DNA of 64,000 nt from Actinomycetota bacterium (GCA_030840335.1 JAUZFR010000111.1:9745-73744); one strand, 5' to 3'; numbered from the stretch's first letter, positions 38,811-49,821 are shown. Notes: generated from the sequence alone by a model not told the origin. Program-made: numbers and translations.

Positions 38811-39959
38811 GTGCCAGCAGTAAACCTCGGATTGCCCAAAGCCCGCGAAGTTCTCGCCCCGCGACGCAAGTCGCGCCAGATCAAAGTCGGTAAGGTGCTC
38901 GTCGGCGGTGACGCCCAGATCAGCGTGCAGTCCATGTGCACAACGCCGACCACGAACATCAACGCGACGCTCCAGCAGATCGCCGAACTCACCGCATCCG
39001 GCTGCGATATCGTGCGCGTTGCGGTGCCGAGCCAGGATGACGCGGACGCCCTTCCCATCATCGCGAAGAAGAGCCAGATCCCGGTCATCGCAGACATCCA
39101 CTTTCAGCCCAAATACGTGTTCCAGGCCATCGACGCCGGATGCGCGGCGGTGCGGGTCAATCCCGGCAACATCCGGAAGTTCGACGACCAGGTCGGCGCG
39201 ATCGCCAAGGCCGCGCGAGACGCGGGAGTCTCCATCCGCATTGGCGTGAATGCGGGTTCGCTCGAACCGAGCATCATGCAGAAGTACGGCAAGGCGACAC
39301 CGGAGGCGCTCGTCGAGAGCGCCGTCTGGGAGGCCAGCCTCTTCGAAGAGCACGATTTCCACGATTTCAAGATCTCGGTCAAGCACAATGACCCGATCAT
39401 CATGGTCAAGGCCTACCGACTGCTGGCCGAACGCGGTGACTGGCCGCTGCACCTCGGTGTAACGGAGGCCGGCCCCGAGTTCCAGGGCACGATCAAGAGC
39501 GCGACGGCCTTCGGCATCCTGCTCGCGGAGGGAATTGGCGACACCATCCGGGTATCGCTGTCCGCGCCGCCCGCGCAGGAGGTCAAGGTCGGACTCCAGA
39601 TTCTCCAGTCGCTGAACCTGCGGGAGCGCAAGCTCGAGATCGTCTCGTGCCCCAGCTGTGGACGCGCCCAGGTGGATGTCTACACTCTCGCCAACGACGT
39701 CACCGCCGGTCTCGAAGGCATGACCGTTCCCCTTCGCGTCGCCGTGATGGGTTGCGTGGTGAATGGACCTGGCGAGGCACGTGAGGCCGACCTCGGCGTC
39801 GCGAGCGGCAACGGCAAGGGCCAGATCTTCGTCAAGGGCGAGGTCATCAAGACCGTGCCCGAGTCCGAGATCGTGGCCACCCTGATCGAGGAAGCCAACC
39901 GTCTCGCCGCCGAAATGCCGCCGGGCGCGATCGGCGCACCGCTCGTTGTCACGGCCTGA
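38811..39959 (+). CDS. ispG: HMBPP synthase (GcpE)
   Basis: [53 protein letters not shown]; TAAACT-N6-GTG. Confidence 0.97.
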   Translation: MPAVNLGLPKAREVLAPRRKSRQIKVGKVLVGGDAQISVQSMCTTPTTNINATLQQIAELTASGCDIVRVAVPSQDDADALPIIAKKSQIPVIADIHFQPKYVFQAIDAGCAAVRVNPGNIRKFDDQVGAIAKAARDAGVSIRIGVNAGSLEPSIMQKYGKATPEALVESAVWEASLFEEHDFHDFKISVKHNDPIIMVKAYRLLAERGDWPLHLGVTEAGPEFQGTIKSATAFGILLAEGIGDTIRVSLSAPPAQEVKVGLQILQSLNLRERKLEIVSCPSCGRAQVDVYTLANDVTAGLEGMTVPLRVAVMGCVVNGPGEAREADLGVASGNGKGQIFVKGEVIKTVPESEIVATLIEEANRLAAEMPPGAIGAPLVVTA

Positions 39960-40034
39960 GTCTGTTACGGCCTCTCGGTAATGGGCTGAGTCCCGACCGC
40001 TCGCAGAGAGTTCATCTCGTTTTAATGCGACACG

Positions 40035-40439
40035 CTAGCGAGGGGTCGACAGCTTGGTCTACCATTGAGTTATCGGCCGAAGGGCCGATTTGAGTCGGCT
40101 GAGGAGTCGGCTCGAGCATGAGCAGCGGGTCCAACAATCACCTCTACGGCGCTGGGGTAAGCGGCGTAGCGCAGAGGACTCGCCGGGGCCACGGTCATCC
40201 CGTAAAGACGGCTTCTTCTCTTCGGGTGAGAGGGGGTTCGCTTCAGGGATTGGACGGTGGCCTCTCTCTTTTGTCCCCAATCCCTGGCATTTGTCCCCAG
40301 CTATGGGGGGAGCCAGGCCGACTCAGAGCCCTCCCGCGAGGCGTAGCCTTTGAAGTGAGATTAGCGGCCCGAACAGTCTGCAAATCCTCAGAGCCCCGGG
40401 GGGAGGTCTCTTCCCGGGGCTCGCTCATGCCCTCGCTAG
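40035..40439. ncRNA. Candidate large structured non-coding element (unassigned ncRNA or MITE-like)
   Basis: About 490-bp ispG-proS spacer with no credible CDS and at least 8 stems found by eye (see findings). Confidence 0.5.
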
Positions 40440-40442
40440 GAT
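40437..40442 (+). promoter_or_regulatory. -10 element of a probable leaderless proS promoter
   Basis: TAGGAT-N7-GTG, no SD sequence before 40450. Confidence 0.6.
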
Positions 40443-40449
40443 TGAGCGC

Positions 40450-42240
40450 GTGTCTACTCGCCTCTCCCAGCTCTTTGTTCGCACGCTCCGCGAGGATCCC
40501 GTCGACGCGGAGGTCGCGAGTCATCGCCTCCTCGTGCGCGCCGGGTACATTCGTCGGCAGGCCCCTGGCATCTTCGCCTGGCTGCCACTCGGGCTGAAGG
40601 TACGCGCGAAGATCGAGGCGATCGTGCGCCAGGAGATGGCGAACGCCGGTGCCCAGGAAGTGCTGTTCCCTGCCCTGCTGCCCCGCGAGCCCTACGAACT
40701 GACCGGTCGATGGGAAGAATACGGAGATGGCATCTTCCGCCTCAAGGACCGCAAGGATGCCGACTACCTGCTCGCCCCGACGCACGAGGAAGTCTTCACC
40801 CTGCTCGTCAAAGACCTCTACAGCTCGTACAAAGACCTGCCGCTGTCGATCTTCCAAATCCAGGACAAGTACCGGGATGAAGCTCGACCCCGCGCCGGCC
40901 TTCTGCGCGGCCGTGAGTTCTCGATGAAGGATGCGTATTCGTTCGACTACACGGATGCGGGCCTTGACGTCAGCTACCAGAAACAGCGTGACGCGTACGA
41001 ACGCATCTTCACCCGCCTCGGGCTCGAGTACGTGATCGTGCAGGCCGACGCCGGGGCCATGGGTGGATCACGAAGCGAAGAGTTCCTGCACCCCACCGTG
41101 GTCGGCGAAGACACCTTCGTGCGCAGCGCGGGTGGATACGCCGCCAACGTCGAAGCGTTCACGACCGAGGCGCCTCCCGCGCGTTCCTTCGAGAAGCTGA
41201 CTCCCGCCGAAGTGCTGCCGACCCCCGATTCGCCCACGATCGCGACGCTCGTCGCGGAGGCCAACGAGAGGCATCCCCGCCCGGACGGACGAGCCTGGAC
41301 CGCCGCCGACACCCTCAAGAACATTGTGCTCGGCCTCACACACCTCGACGGCACCCGCGAACTCGTCGTGGTCGGTCTTCCCGGCGACCGCGACGTCGAC
41401 CTGAAGCGGGCCGAGGTCGCGTTCGCTCCCGCCGATGTCGAGCCCGCTACCGAGGCTGACTTCCTGGCGTTCGAGCGCATCCCCGACCGCCCCGCGCTCG
41501 TCAAGGGTTACATTGGGCCGTGGTCCGAGACCGGCGCGTTCCTCGGCGAAGATTCCGCCACCGGCATCCGCTTTCTCACTGATCCACGCGTCTCAGAAGG
41601 CTCTGGCTGGATCACCGGCGCAAATCTCGCCGGACACCACGTCTTCGGACTCGTCGCGGGTCGCGACTTCGCGACTGACGGAACGGTCGAGGTGGCGGAA
41701 GTGCTCGCTGGCGACCCAGCTCCCGATGGTTCCGGCCCGGTTGAACTCGCGCGCGGCATGGAGATCGGGCACGTATTCCAGCTCGGTCGCAAGTACGCCG
41801 ATGCGCTCGGGCTCAAGGTGCTCGACGAAAACGGCAAGCTCGTGACCGTGACGATGGGGTCATACGGGCTCGGCGTCACGCGCGTGCTTGCGGTAATCGC
41901 TGAGGCGAATAACGACGAGAAGGGGCTCATCTGGCCCAGGAACGTCTCGCCGTTCGACGTGCACGTGGTCGCCGCCGGTCGCGAGGAGATCGTCTGGGAG
42001 GTCGCCGAGGCGCTGGTCGATTCGCTCGAAGGAGCAGGCCTCGACGTGCTCTTCGACGATCGACCCAAGGTCTCGCCCGGGGTGAAGTTCGGCGACGCCG
42101 AACTCATTGGCGTTCCGGTCATCGTGATCGTCGGCCGCAGCGCGGCGGAGGGCACGGTTGAGGTCTGGAATCGGCGAACCGGCGAGCGCACGTCGGTTGC
42201 GGTCGGCGACGTGGCGACGGCCGTCGCCGCGATCGGCTAG
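40450..42240 (+). CDS. proS: Proline--tRNA ligase (with INS editing domain)
   Basis: [54 protein letters not shown]. Confidence 0.97.
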   Translation: MSTRLSQLFVRTLREDPVDAEVASHRLLVRAGYIRRQAPGIFAWLPLGLKVRAKIEAIVRQEMANAGAQEVLFPALLPREPYELTGRWEEYGDGIFRLKDRKDADYLLAPTHEEVFTLLVKDLYSSYKDLPLSIFQIQDKYRDEARPRAGLLRGREFSMKDAYSFDYTDAGLDVSYQKQRDAYERIFTRLGLEYVIVQADAGAMGGSRSEEFLHPTVVGEDTFVRSAGGYAANVEAFTTEAPPARSFEKLTPAEVLPTPDSPTIATLVAEANERHPRPDGRAWTAADTLKNIVLGLTHLDGTRELVVVGLPGDRDVDLKRAEVAFAPADVEPATEADFLAFERIPDRPALVKGYIGPWSETGAFLGEDSATGIRFLTDPRVSEGSGWITGANLAGHHVFGLVAGRDFATDGTVEVAEVLAGDPAPDGSGPVELARGMEIGHVFQLGRKYADALGLKVLDENGKLVTVTMGSYGLGVTRVLAVIAEANNDEKGLIWPRNVSPFDVHVVAAGREEIVWEVAEALVDSLEGAGLDVLFDDRPKVSPGVKFGDAELIGVPVIVIVGRSAAEGTVEVWNRRTGERTSVAVGDVATAVAAIG

Positions 42241-42276
42241 GCATCGCCCGGTCTCCCGGGCTTGTGAGAAACCTCG

Positions 42277-43653
42277 ATGAGACAGGCCGATTCGACTGAC
42301 ACCCGTGGGCAGGGCATTTTCAGCGGGCGCTATCGGCTGGTTACCATCGGCGCTCTTGCGATCGTTTTTCTTTCGGCGTTTGAGAACCTCGCTGTCACGA
42401 CCATCATGCCCGTGATCAGCCGGGAACTGGATGGCGCTGCCCTGTATGCGGTTGCCTTCGCCGGGCCGCTCGCCGTCGGCGTGGTCGGAATGGTCCTCGC
42501 GGGGAACTGGTGCGACCGGCACGGACCGCGCTGGCCGTTGTACGGTTCGGTGTTCCTGTTCGCGCTCGGTCTCGTCGTCGCGGGTACGGCATCCTCGATG
42601 GGTGCGCTCGTCGTCGGCCGTCTCGTCTCCGGCCTGGCAGGGGGAGCGACAAGCGTCGCCCTCTACGTCATCGTCGCGCGGTTCTATCCGGATGCGCTGC
42701 AGCCCCGAATCTTTGGCGGATTCGCGGCGGCATGGGTCATTCCCGCCCTCATCGGGCCCGCGATCGCCGGAATCGTGAGCGACACCGTCGGCTGGCGCTG
42801 GGTGTTTCTTGGTGTCGTCGCACTGGTCGTGATCGCCATGGTCATGGTCGTCCCGGCGATGCGCGAGGTCATGGCATCCGGAGGCGACAGTGATGTCTCG
42901 TGGAGTTTCGGCCGCATCGGCTGGTCCATCCTGCTCGCGCTGACGGTGCTCGGATTGAGTGTGTCCGATCAGCTGCCCAGGCCGTTCTCGATCATCGGGG
43001 CCGTCGTGGCGCTGATCGTCGCGCTCGTTGCGGCCCGACCGCTGTTGCCTGCGGGGAGTCTGCTCGGCGGGCGAGGTCTGCCCAGCGTCATCCTGCTTCG
43101 CGCGATAATCGCCGGCGCCTATTTTGGCGCGGAGGTCTACCTGCCATACCTCCTGACCACCCAGTTTCACCTCACGCCCGCTCTTGCCGGGCTGTCGCTC
43201 ACGGGTGCCGGCATCGCGTGGGGCGGCGCATCCGTCGTTCAGGGGCGCGCGGGCAACACGCTGGGAGCGCGCAGCGCGGTGCGGCTGGGGATCGCCGGCG
43301 TCGCGATCGCGATCGTGGCGTCGTTGGTGACCTCTCTCTTCGTGCTGCCAGCCTGGGTCGCAATCGGTGGCTGGGCGATCGGTGGTGCGGGCATGGGCAC
43401 ACTCGTTCCGCGACTCTCCGTGCTCATGCTGAGCTATTCGAACACGACCAACCAGGGCTTCAACAGCGCGGGCCTCAGCATCGCGGACGCGGTCGGGCCG
43501 GGCATCGCACTGGCCGTCGCCGGCATCCTGTTCGAGTCGACCAACCTCGGTGGCACGGCGGCCTTCTCCGGCGTGTTCCTGCTGGTTCTCGTCGTTTCAC
43601 TCCTCGCGTTCGTGCTCAGCGGCCGGGTGGTTGCGCGCGAGAAGCATGACTGA
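42277..43653 (+). CDS. MFS transporter
   Basis: About 14 TM segments; GNWCDRHGPR motif A. Confidence 0.9.
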   Translation: MRQADSTDTRGQGIFSGRYRLVTIGALAIVFLSAFENLAVTTIMPVISRELDGAALYAVAFAGPLAVGVVGMVLAGNWCDRHGPRWPLYGSVFLFALGLVVAGTASSMGALVVGRLVSGLAGGATSVALYVIVARFYPDALQPRIFGGFAAAWVIPALIGPAIAGIVSDTVGWRWVFLGVVALVVIAMVMVVPAMREVMASGGDSDVSWSFGRIGWSILLALTVLGLSVSDQLPRPFSIIGAVVALIVALVAARPLLPAGSLLGGRGLPSVILLRAIIAGAYFGAEVYLPYLLTTQFHLTPALAGLSLTGAGIAWGGASVVQGRAGNTLGARSAVRLGIAGVAIAIVASLVTSLFVLPAWVAIGGWAIGGAGMGTLVPRLSVLMLSYSNTTNQGFNSAGLSIADAVGPGIALAVAGILFESTNLGGTAAFSGVFLLVLVVSLLAFVLSGRVVAREKHD

Positions 43654-43755
43654 CCTCGCGCTCCCGCGGTGCTAAGAAACCCGGTACCGTAGACCATGGA
43701 CGTCGCGGGCACACCTGTTTCGCGAGTCACAATATGTGAATAGTGGAGGCCCTCA

Positions 43756-44757
43756 GTGGACATTGACCTGAGCGTGTTGCGCCTCATGGAGCGCGAGCGG
43801 GAAATCCCGTTCGACGAGCTTGTCCAGATCATCGAGCAGGCGATTCACACCGCGTACCTCAAGCACATCGGCCAGATCGATCACAAGCCGGGCGAGCCCG
43901 CAGCGCCGAAATCGCGTGTCGAGCTGGATCGCAAGACCGGCCATGTGATCGTGTTCGTCGAAGAGCTGGATGAAGATGGCAACATCATCGGGGAAGCCGT
44001 CGACAGTCCGAGCGATTTCGGGCGGATCGCCGCGTTTGCCGCCAAGCAGGTCATCAACCAGCGACTGCGCGACATTGGCGACGACAAGGTTCTTGGTGAG
44101 TTCAAGGGTCGCGAAGGTGACATCGTCGCGGGCATCATCCAGCAGGGTCCCAATCCTCGGATGGTCCACGTCGACCTGGGAACAGTTGAGGCGATACTTC
44201 CCCCGGAGGAGCAGGTTCCGGGCGAGGAGTACAAGCACGGAACACGTATCCGCGTCTACGTCACGGCGGTGAGCAAGGGCCTCAAGGGTCCGCAGATCAC
44301 GGTAAGCCGCACGCATCCGTCGCTCGTTCGAAAGCTGTTCGCTCTCGAGGTTCCGGAGATCGCCAGCGGCGTTGTCGAGATCACTTCCCTTGCCCGCGAG
44401 GCCGGCCACCGCACGAAGATCGCGGTTCGCGCAACGCAGCCCGGGGTGAACGCCAAGGGCGCCTGCATCGGTGAACTCGGCCAACGCGTACGCGCGGTGA
44501 CGGCGGAACTCAACAACGAGAAGATCGACATCGTCGACTACTCGACCGACCTGGCGACATTCGTTGCGAACGCCCTGTCGCCAGCAAAGGTGACGAGCGC
44601 TTTCGTGATCGACGAGTCGCTCAAGGCCGTTCGCGCGCTCGTGCCGGACTACCAGCTGTCACTTGCCATCGGCAAGGAGGGGCAGAATGCGCGTCTCGCG
44701 GCCAAACTCACTGGCGCGCGCATCGACATCCAGCCGGACAGCATCCTCGAAAGCTGA
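43756..44757 (+). CDS. nusA: Transcription termination factor NusA
   Basis: [43 protein letters not shown]. Confidence 0.97.
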   Translation: MDIDLSVLRLMEREREIPFDELVQIIEQAIHTAYLKHIGQIDHKPGEPAAPKSRVELDRKTGHVIVFVEELDEDGNIIGEAVDSPSDFGRIAAFAAKQVINQRLRDIGDDKVLGEFKGREGDIVAGIIQQGPNPRMVHVDLGTVEAILPPEEQVPGEEYKHGTRIRVYVTAVSKGLKGPQITVSRTHPSLVRKLFALEVPEIASGVVEITSLAREAGHRTKIAVRATQPGVNAKGACIGELGQRVRAVTAELNNEKIDIVDYSTDLATFVANALSPAKVTSAFVIDESLKAVRALVPDYQLSLAIGKEGQNARLAAKLTGARIDIQPDSILES

Positions 44758-44791
44758 GGCGCTCAGCGGTCTCCCGAACGATAGGGGTACT

Positions 44792-45043
44792 ATGGAACCC
44801 GTTAGAACCTGCCTTGGCTGCCGTGTTCGAGCCGACAGATCCTCTTTGCTGAGGGTGGTTGCTCGAGACGGCGTGGTGGTACCGGATCCGTCCGCGACAC
44901 TTCCTGGCCGTGGTGCGTGGGTACATCCCACTCCAGCTTGTGTCGATAAATCGATCTCACGCAAAGCCTTTGGCCGAGCGCTTCGAGTTAGCGTCGCGCT
45001 GGACACCAGGCAGATTTCCGAAATCAACGAAATGGCTGATTGA
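44792..45043 (+). CDS. ylxR: YlxR/RnpM (DUF448) RNA-binding protein
   Basis: MEPVRTCLGCR...LLRVV...PGRGAWVHP...AFGRALR; lies between nusA and infB. Confidence 0.92.
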   Translation: MEPVRTCLGCRVRADRSSLLRVVARDGVVVPDPSATLPGRGAWVHPTPACVDKSISRKAFGRALRVSVALDTRQISEINEMAD

Positions 45044-45133
45044 CCAATGGACAACTAATGAGCGGCTCGAAATGAGATCCGTCCGTCACTAATGGTCTGC
45101 CCCTGTTCGGGTGCAGACTCGAACAGGAGAGAA

Positions 45134-47863
45134 GTGGCTGCCAAACCACGTGTACACGAAGTCGCTGCCGAACTCGGCATCGACAGCAAGGTTGCCCTCG
45201 ACAAGCTCAAAGAAATGGGCGAATACGTCAAGGGACCTTCCTCAAGCATTGAACCCCCGGTCGCACGCCGCCTGAAGGCTGCGCTCGAGGCCGCTGGCGT
45301 CAAGCCAACCGCAGCGACAGCACCGCCGGCCAAGGCGCCCGCGCCACGTCCGGTTGCGAAGGCTGCGCCGGCCCCCGAGCCCGTCGAAGCGGTCGAGCCT
45401 GCGGAGGCTCCGGCCCCCGCGCCGCTGACCGTCGCCGAACGCCAGGCACAGGCCGCAGCTGCGGCAGCTGCCCCCGTGGTCGAAACACCGACCGCGGATG
45501 CGGCACCGGCCGACGAAGCGCGTCCGTCCGGTATTCCGCGCCCCGGCACGCCCCGTCCGGGTAACAACCCGTTCGCAAGCAACCAGGGCATGCAGCGCCC
45601 GGGCGCCCCGCGCCCCGGCAACAACCCCTTTGCCAGCAACCAGGGCATGCAGCGTCCCGGGGCAGCAAACCCGGGCTCGATTCCGCGCCCCGGCGCTCCT
45701 CGTCCCGGCGCACCGCGTCCGGGTGGAGCAGGTCAGGGAGCTCGTCCCGGTGGCTTCGGCCAGCGTCCGGCCGGGCCAGGTGGAGCACCATTCCAGCAGC
45801 GCCCGGGTGGGGCAGGTCGGCCGGCGGCCGGCGGGTTCCAGCGCCCCGGCGGTGCGCCAGGCGCAACACCGGGCTTCGGTGCGCCTCGCCCGGCGGGCGG
45901 CGGTGGTCGCGGTCGCGGTCCGGGTGGTGGCACAGCAGGTGCGTTCGGTCGCGGTGGCGGCAAGAGCAAGGCTCGCAAGTCGAAGCGCACGAAGCGCGCC
46001 GAATTCGAGCTGCGCGAAGCGCCGTCGCTTGGCGGCGTCAGCGTTCCCCGCGGTGACGGAACCACGATTGTTCGACTGCGCCGCGGAGCATCCATCACGG
46101 ACTTCGCCGACAAGATCGACGCAAGCCCCGGAAACCTCGTCACCGTGCTGTTCCATCTCGGTGAGATGGCAACAGCGACGGAGTCTCTCGATGAGGCCAC
46201 GTTCGAGGTCCTCGGCGCTGAGCTCGGCTTCAAGATCCAGATGGTTTCGCCCGAGGACGAAGACCGCGAGCTTCTCAGCGGCTTCGACATCGACCTCGAC
46301 CAGGAGCTCGAAGACGAAGACGACTCCGACCTGGAGATCCGTCCGCCGGTCGTGACCGTCATGGGACACGTCGACCACGGTAAGACGAAGCTCCTCGACG
46401 CGATCCGCCAGGCCAACGTCGTCGCCGGTGAGGCTGGTGGAATCACGCAGCACATCGGTGCGTACCAGGTCTGGACCGAGCACGAGGGCATCGACCGCGC
46501 AATCACCTTCATCGACACACCGGGCCACGAGGCGTTCACCGCCATGCGTGCCCGCGGTGCCCAGGTGACCGACATCGCGATCCTGGTTGTCGCAGCGGAC
46601 GACGGCATCATGCCGCAGACCGTAGAGGCACTCAACCACGCGCAAGCGGCAAACGTGCCGATCGTGGTCGCGGTCAACAAGGTGGACAAAGATGGCGCAA
46701 ACCCCGCAAAGGTTCGCCAGCAGCTCACCGAGTTCGGCCTCGTCGCGGAAGAGTACGGCGGAGACACGATGTTCGTCGACGTTTCGGCGCTCAACAACAT
46801 CGGTATCGACAAGCTGCTCGACGCAGTTTTGCTGACCGCGGATGCCGGCCTCGACCTGCGCGCAAACCCGAACAAGGATGCGCGCGGTGTCGCGATCGAG
46901 GCACGACTCGACAAGGGACGCGGTGCGGTTGCGACCGTGCTCATCCAGTCGGGAACACTTCGCGTCGGAGACTCGATCGTCGCGGGTACCGCGTACGGCA
47001 AGGTGCGGGCCATGGCAGACGAAGACGGCAACGCCGTTCTCGAAGCCCAGCCCGCTCGTCCCGTACAGGTACAGGGTCTGTCAACGGTGCCTCGCGCCGG
47101 TGACACCTTCCTCGTCATCGAAGATGACCGCACCGCCCGCCAGATCGCTGAAAAGCGTGAGGCCGTCGAGCGTAACGCGCAGCTGGCTCGCGCCCGCAAG
47201 CGCATCAGTCTCGAGGACTTCACCCGCGCGCTCGAAGAGGGCAAGGTCGACTCGCTCAACCTCATCATCAAGGGTGACGTTTCGGGTGCTGTTGAAGCGC
47301 TCGAGGAATCGCTGCTCAAGATCGATGTGGACGACTCGGTCGCCCTGCGGATCATCCATCGCGGCGTCGGTGCCGTCACCGAGAGTGACGTCAACCTCGC
47401 AACGGTCGACAACGCGATCATCATCGGATTCAACGTTCGTCCCGACACGAAGGCGCGCGAGCGCGCCGCTCGCGAAGGCGTCGACGTGCGGTTCTACTCG
47501 GTCATCTACGCCGCGCTCGAGGACATTGAGAACTCCCTCAAGGGAATGCTCAAGCCCGAGTTCGAAGAGGTGCAGTCGGGTGTCGCCGAGATTCGGGAGA
47601 TCTTCCGTTCATCCAAGATCGGCAACATTGCCGGTGTCATCGTCCGTTCGGGAACCATCACCCGCAACGCTCGCGCGCGGGTCATCCGCGACGGCGTCGT
47701 GGTTGGCGACAACCTGGCGATCGAGAGCCTGCGTCGCTTCAAGGATGATGTCACCGAGGTCCGCACGGACTTCGAAGCTGGTATCGGCCTCGGCCGCTTC
47801 AACGACATCGAGATCGGCGACGAGATCGAAACGATCGAGATGAAGGAAAAGCCGCGGGTTTAG
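45134..47863 (+). CDS. infB: Translation initiation factor IF-2
   Basis: Start at GTG 45134 after an AGGAG RBS; RVHEVA N-terminus, [29 protein letters not shown]. Confidence 0.97.
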   Translation: MAAKPRVHEVAAELGIDSKVALDKLKEMGEYVKGPSSSIEPPVARRLKAALEAAGVKPTAATAPPAKAPAPRPVAKAAPAPEPVEAVEPAEAPAPAPLTVAERQAQAAAAAAAPVVETPTADAAPADEARPSGIPRPGTPRPGNNPFASNQGMQRPGAPRPGNNPFASNQGMQRPGAANPGSIPRPGAPRPGAPRPGGAGQGARPGGFGQRPAGPGGAPFQQRPGGAGRPAAGGFQRPGGAPGATPGFGAPRPAGGGGRGRGPGGGTAGAFGRGGGKSKARKSKRTKRAEFELREAPSLGGVSVPRGDGTTIVRLRRGASITDFADKIDASPGNLVTVLFHLGEMATATESLDEATFEVLGAELGFKIQMVSPEDEDRELLSGFDIDLDQELEDEDDSDLEIRPPVVTVMGHVDHGKTKLLDAIRQANVVAGEAGGITQHIGAYQVWTEHEGIDRAITFIDTPGHEAFTAMRARGAQVTDIAILVVAADDGIMPQTVEALNHAQAANVPIVVAVNKVDKDGANPAKVRQQLTEFGLVAEEYGGDTMFVDVSALNNIGIDKLLDAVLLTADAGLDLRANPNKDARGVAIEARLDKGRGAVATVLIQSGTLRVGDSIVAGTAYGKVRAMADEDGNAVLEAQPARPVQVQGLSTVPRAGDTFLVIEDDRTARQIAEKREAVERNAQLARARKRISLEDFTRALEEGKVDSLNLIIKGDVSGAVEALEESLLKIDVDDSVALRIIHRGVGAVTESDVNLATVDNAIIIGFNVRPDTKARERAAREGVDVRFYSVIYAALEDIENSLKGMLKPEFEEVQSGVAEIREIFRSSKIGNIAGVIVRSGTITRNARARVIRDGVVVGDNLAIESLRRFKDDVTEVRTDFEAGIGLGRFNDIEIGDEIETIEMKEKPRV

Positions 47864-47870
47864 GCCCCAA

Positions 47871-47913
47871 CCTCGGCAGGCTCGACCCAGTAAGTGGGTC
47901 GGGCCCGCCGAGG
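47871..47913. other. Stable intercistronic stem-loop between infB and rbfA
   Basis: CCTCGGC-A-GGCTCGACCCA-GTAAG-TGGGTCGGGCC-C-GCCGAGG. Confidence 0.75.
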
Positions 47914-47941
47914 CCTCACCATCGCAGTACAGGAGTAACCC

Positions 47942-48394
47942 ATGGCCGATCCGGCACGCGCCGCAAAGATGGCTGACCGCATCAAGGTCATTATCGCGAA
48001 GCGCCTCGAGCGTGGAATCAAAGACCCGCGCCTCGGTTTCGTCACAATCACCGACGTTCGGGTGACCGGCGACCTTCAGCACGCCTCGGTGTTCTACACC
48101 GTGTACGGCACCGACGAGGAGCGCATCGACACGGCCGCGGCCCTCAAATCGGCGACGGGAATGCTCCGCAGCGAGGTCGGTAAGAACATCACCGCGAGGC
48201 TGACGCCATCCCTCGAGTTCATTGCCGACGGCATCCCCGAGAACGCGGCGCTCATCGAGTCGCTGCTCGCTGAGGCGCACAATCGTGACGTCGAGGTGGA
48301 GACGCTCGCGAAAGCCGCGACGTACGCCGGCGACGAGGACCCGTACGTCAAGCCGCGCACCTTCGACGATGAGGACGACGACGCCGACAACTAA
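47942..48394 (+). CDS. rbfA: Ribosome-binding factor A
   Basis: IKDPRLGFVTITDVRVTGDLQHA, RLTPSLEF; AGGAG RBS. Confidence 0.97.
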   Translation: MADPARAAKMADRIKVIIAKRLERGIKDPRLGFVTITDVRVTGDLQHASVFYTVYGTDEERIDTAAALKSATGMLRSEVGKNITARLTPSLEFIADGIPENAALIESLLAEAHNRDVEVETLAKAATYAGDEDPYVKPRTFDDEDDDADN

Positions 48395-49821
48395 GCGGGC
48401 GTGACCAGCTCGAAAGTTGTTGTGCCGGTCGCGATGTCGGCCCGCACCAGTTTCGCCCTGACGACCGCGCCAGCCATCAGCTGACCGTCGCAGTGTGCGG
48501 TTACGGCCGGCTCAGTCAGCTGGATGCTGCCGCCGGTCTTCGACAGCGAGATCACCGTCGCCTCAAAGGTTTCGCCGACTCGCGTGCTGAGGAGCGCGGC
48601 TTCGACCGCGTCGAGCGCGCGGTGTTCGAATTGGCTGGTGACCTGGCTTGAATGCTCCATGAGGCCGGGCAGGTCCGGCAGCGACTCCCTCGCCCAGCCC
48701 GGAACGTCGGTGCCGGCACAGATCGCGTCGCACACGATGAGCACGAAGCGATCGACGAGCCTGCGCAACGGAGCCGTGGTGTGCGAATACGAAGCGGCAA
48801 CGGCGGCTTGTGTGAGCCCCTCGGGAACGCTGCCATCGAAAGCGGTGTATCCCGCGCCACGAAAGAGCGAACCCGCCGCGTGCATGATCGCGAGGTGTCG
48901 CGGATCCGCGGTCTCGAGGGTGCGCAGATAGTCGCCGTACGCCTGCCCTTCCCGCCACGGGTGCCCGAGGGCGGTGGTCTGACGCCGAAAACGATCCACC
49001 GCGAATTGCTGGGGTTCCGGCATGGTTCGCAGGATCCCGATCCCGGCCTTGAGCATGAGGTCTGCGGCGGCCATTCCCGTCATGAGAGAAAGCTGCGCGT
49101 TCCAGTCTTCGACCGGCTGCGGCTGTCGGCGAACGATGTTGTAGCCATCGCCGACCTGATGGATTTCCGCCTCCGGTATGGTCAGGCTCGCGGCGCCTCG
49201 AGCGATCTCGAGTTGAATGCGTTTAAGCCCGATCTCCTTCAGCAGCATGAGGTTCTCGTCTGCGGTCCCGTCGTCGATCGACCTCTGCACGCCGAGGTAG
49301 TTCAGCTTGGCTCGGCTCCGGATGCGCGCTCTCGCGACCGCAACCCCGGTGACGTTCGCGTCGGCATCCAGTCGAAAGTCCCAGATGAACGCACTCCGCA
49401 ACTGGTCGGGCAGCAGCGAAACCGCTCCCTCGCTCAACACCGGCGGATGCAGCGGAATGCGGCCGTCCGGCGCGTAAATGGTTTGACCTCGCTTTCGGGA
49501 CTCGGCGTCCAGCGCGCCGCCGGGCGTCACGAACGCCGGGACATCCGCAATGGCGTAGCGCATTCGGTATCCGGAATCAGCACGCTCCAGAAACATGGCC
49601 TGGTCGAGATCCTTCGATGACTCGGGGTCGATCGTGACGAACGGAACATCCGTCGCGTCTGCGTCCGGAAGCACAGGGTGCACGGCCACCGACTGAGCTT
49701 CGGCGAGCGCATCCGCGGGGAAGTCACGAGAAATGCCGAGCGCGGCCGGAATCGACGCGAGCGCCTGCGCGAGCGGGCCGGTGGCGGGAGCGACAATCAG
49801 GCGCAGCGCATTCGATGGCAC
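48391..49821 (-). CDS. RNB-domain exoribonuclease (RNase II/R family, no N-terminal CSDs)
   Basis: TIDPESSKDLDQA, YAIADV, RGQTIY, SLLPD, HTTAPLRRLVD; start at GTG 49821 after TAGGCT-N7. Confidence 0.88.
   Translation of the reverse strand: MPSNALRLIVAPATGPLAQALASIPAALGISRDFPADALAEAQSVAVHPVLPDADATDVPFVTIDPESSKDLDQAMFLERADSGYRMRYAIADVPAFVTPGGALDAESRKRGQTIYAPDGRIPLHPPVLSEGAVSLLPDQLRSAFIWDFRLDADANVTGVAVARARIRSRAKLNYLGVQRSIDDGTADENLMLLKEIGLKRIQLEIARGAASLTIPEAEIHQVGDGYNIVRRQPQPVEDWNAQLSLMTGMAAADLMLKAGIGILRTMPEPQQFAVDRFRRQTTALGHPWREGQAYGDYLRTLETADPRHLAIMHAAGSLFRGAGYTAFDGSVPEGLTQAAVAASYSHTTAPLRRLVDRFVLIVCDAICAGTDVPGWARESLPDLPGLMEHSSQVTSQFEHRALDAVEAALLSTRVGETFEATVISLSKTGGSIQLTEPAVTAHCDGQLMAGAVVRAKLVRADIATGTTTFELVTPA

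Noticed and set aside
40170-40385. Group I intron-like P7 hints (CAGAGGACT ... AACAGTC)
   Set aside because: Only 4-5 nt of complementarity, no interrupted host gene, and no convincing P3/P4/P6 core by eye.
40035-40449. T-box riboswitch for proS
   Set aside because: No UGGNACC T-box bulge was found, and proS has an apparent leaderless -10 immediately upstream.
40118-40597. 159-aa ORF with GAGGAG 11 nt upstream, inside the structured element
   Set aside because: It overlaps proS by about 150 nt out of frame, has no recognisable motif and atypical codon usage. A short regulatory translation event cannot be excluded.
45530-45720. Repeated [18 protein letters not shown] and PRPG units in infB
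   Set aside because: Ordinary Pro/Gly-rich low-complexity N-terminal region of actinobacterial IF2.
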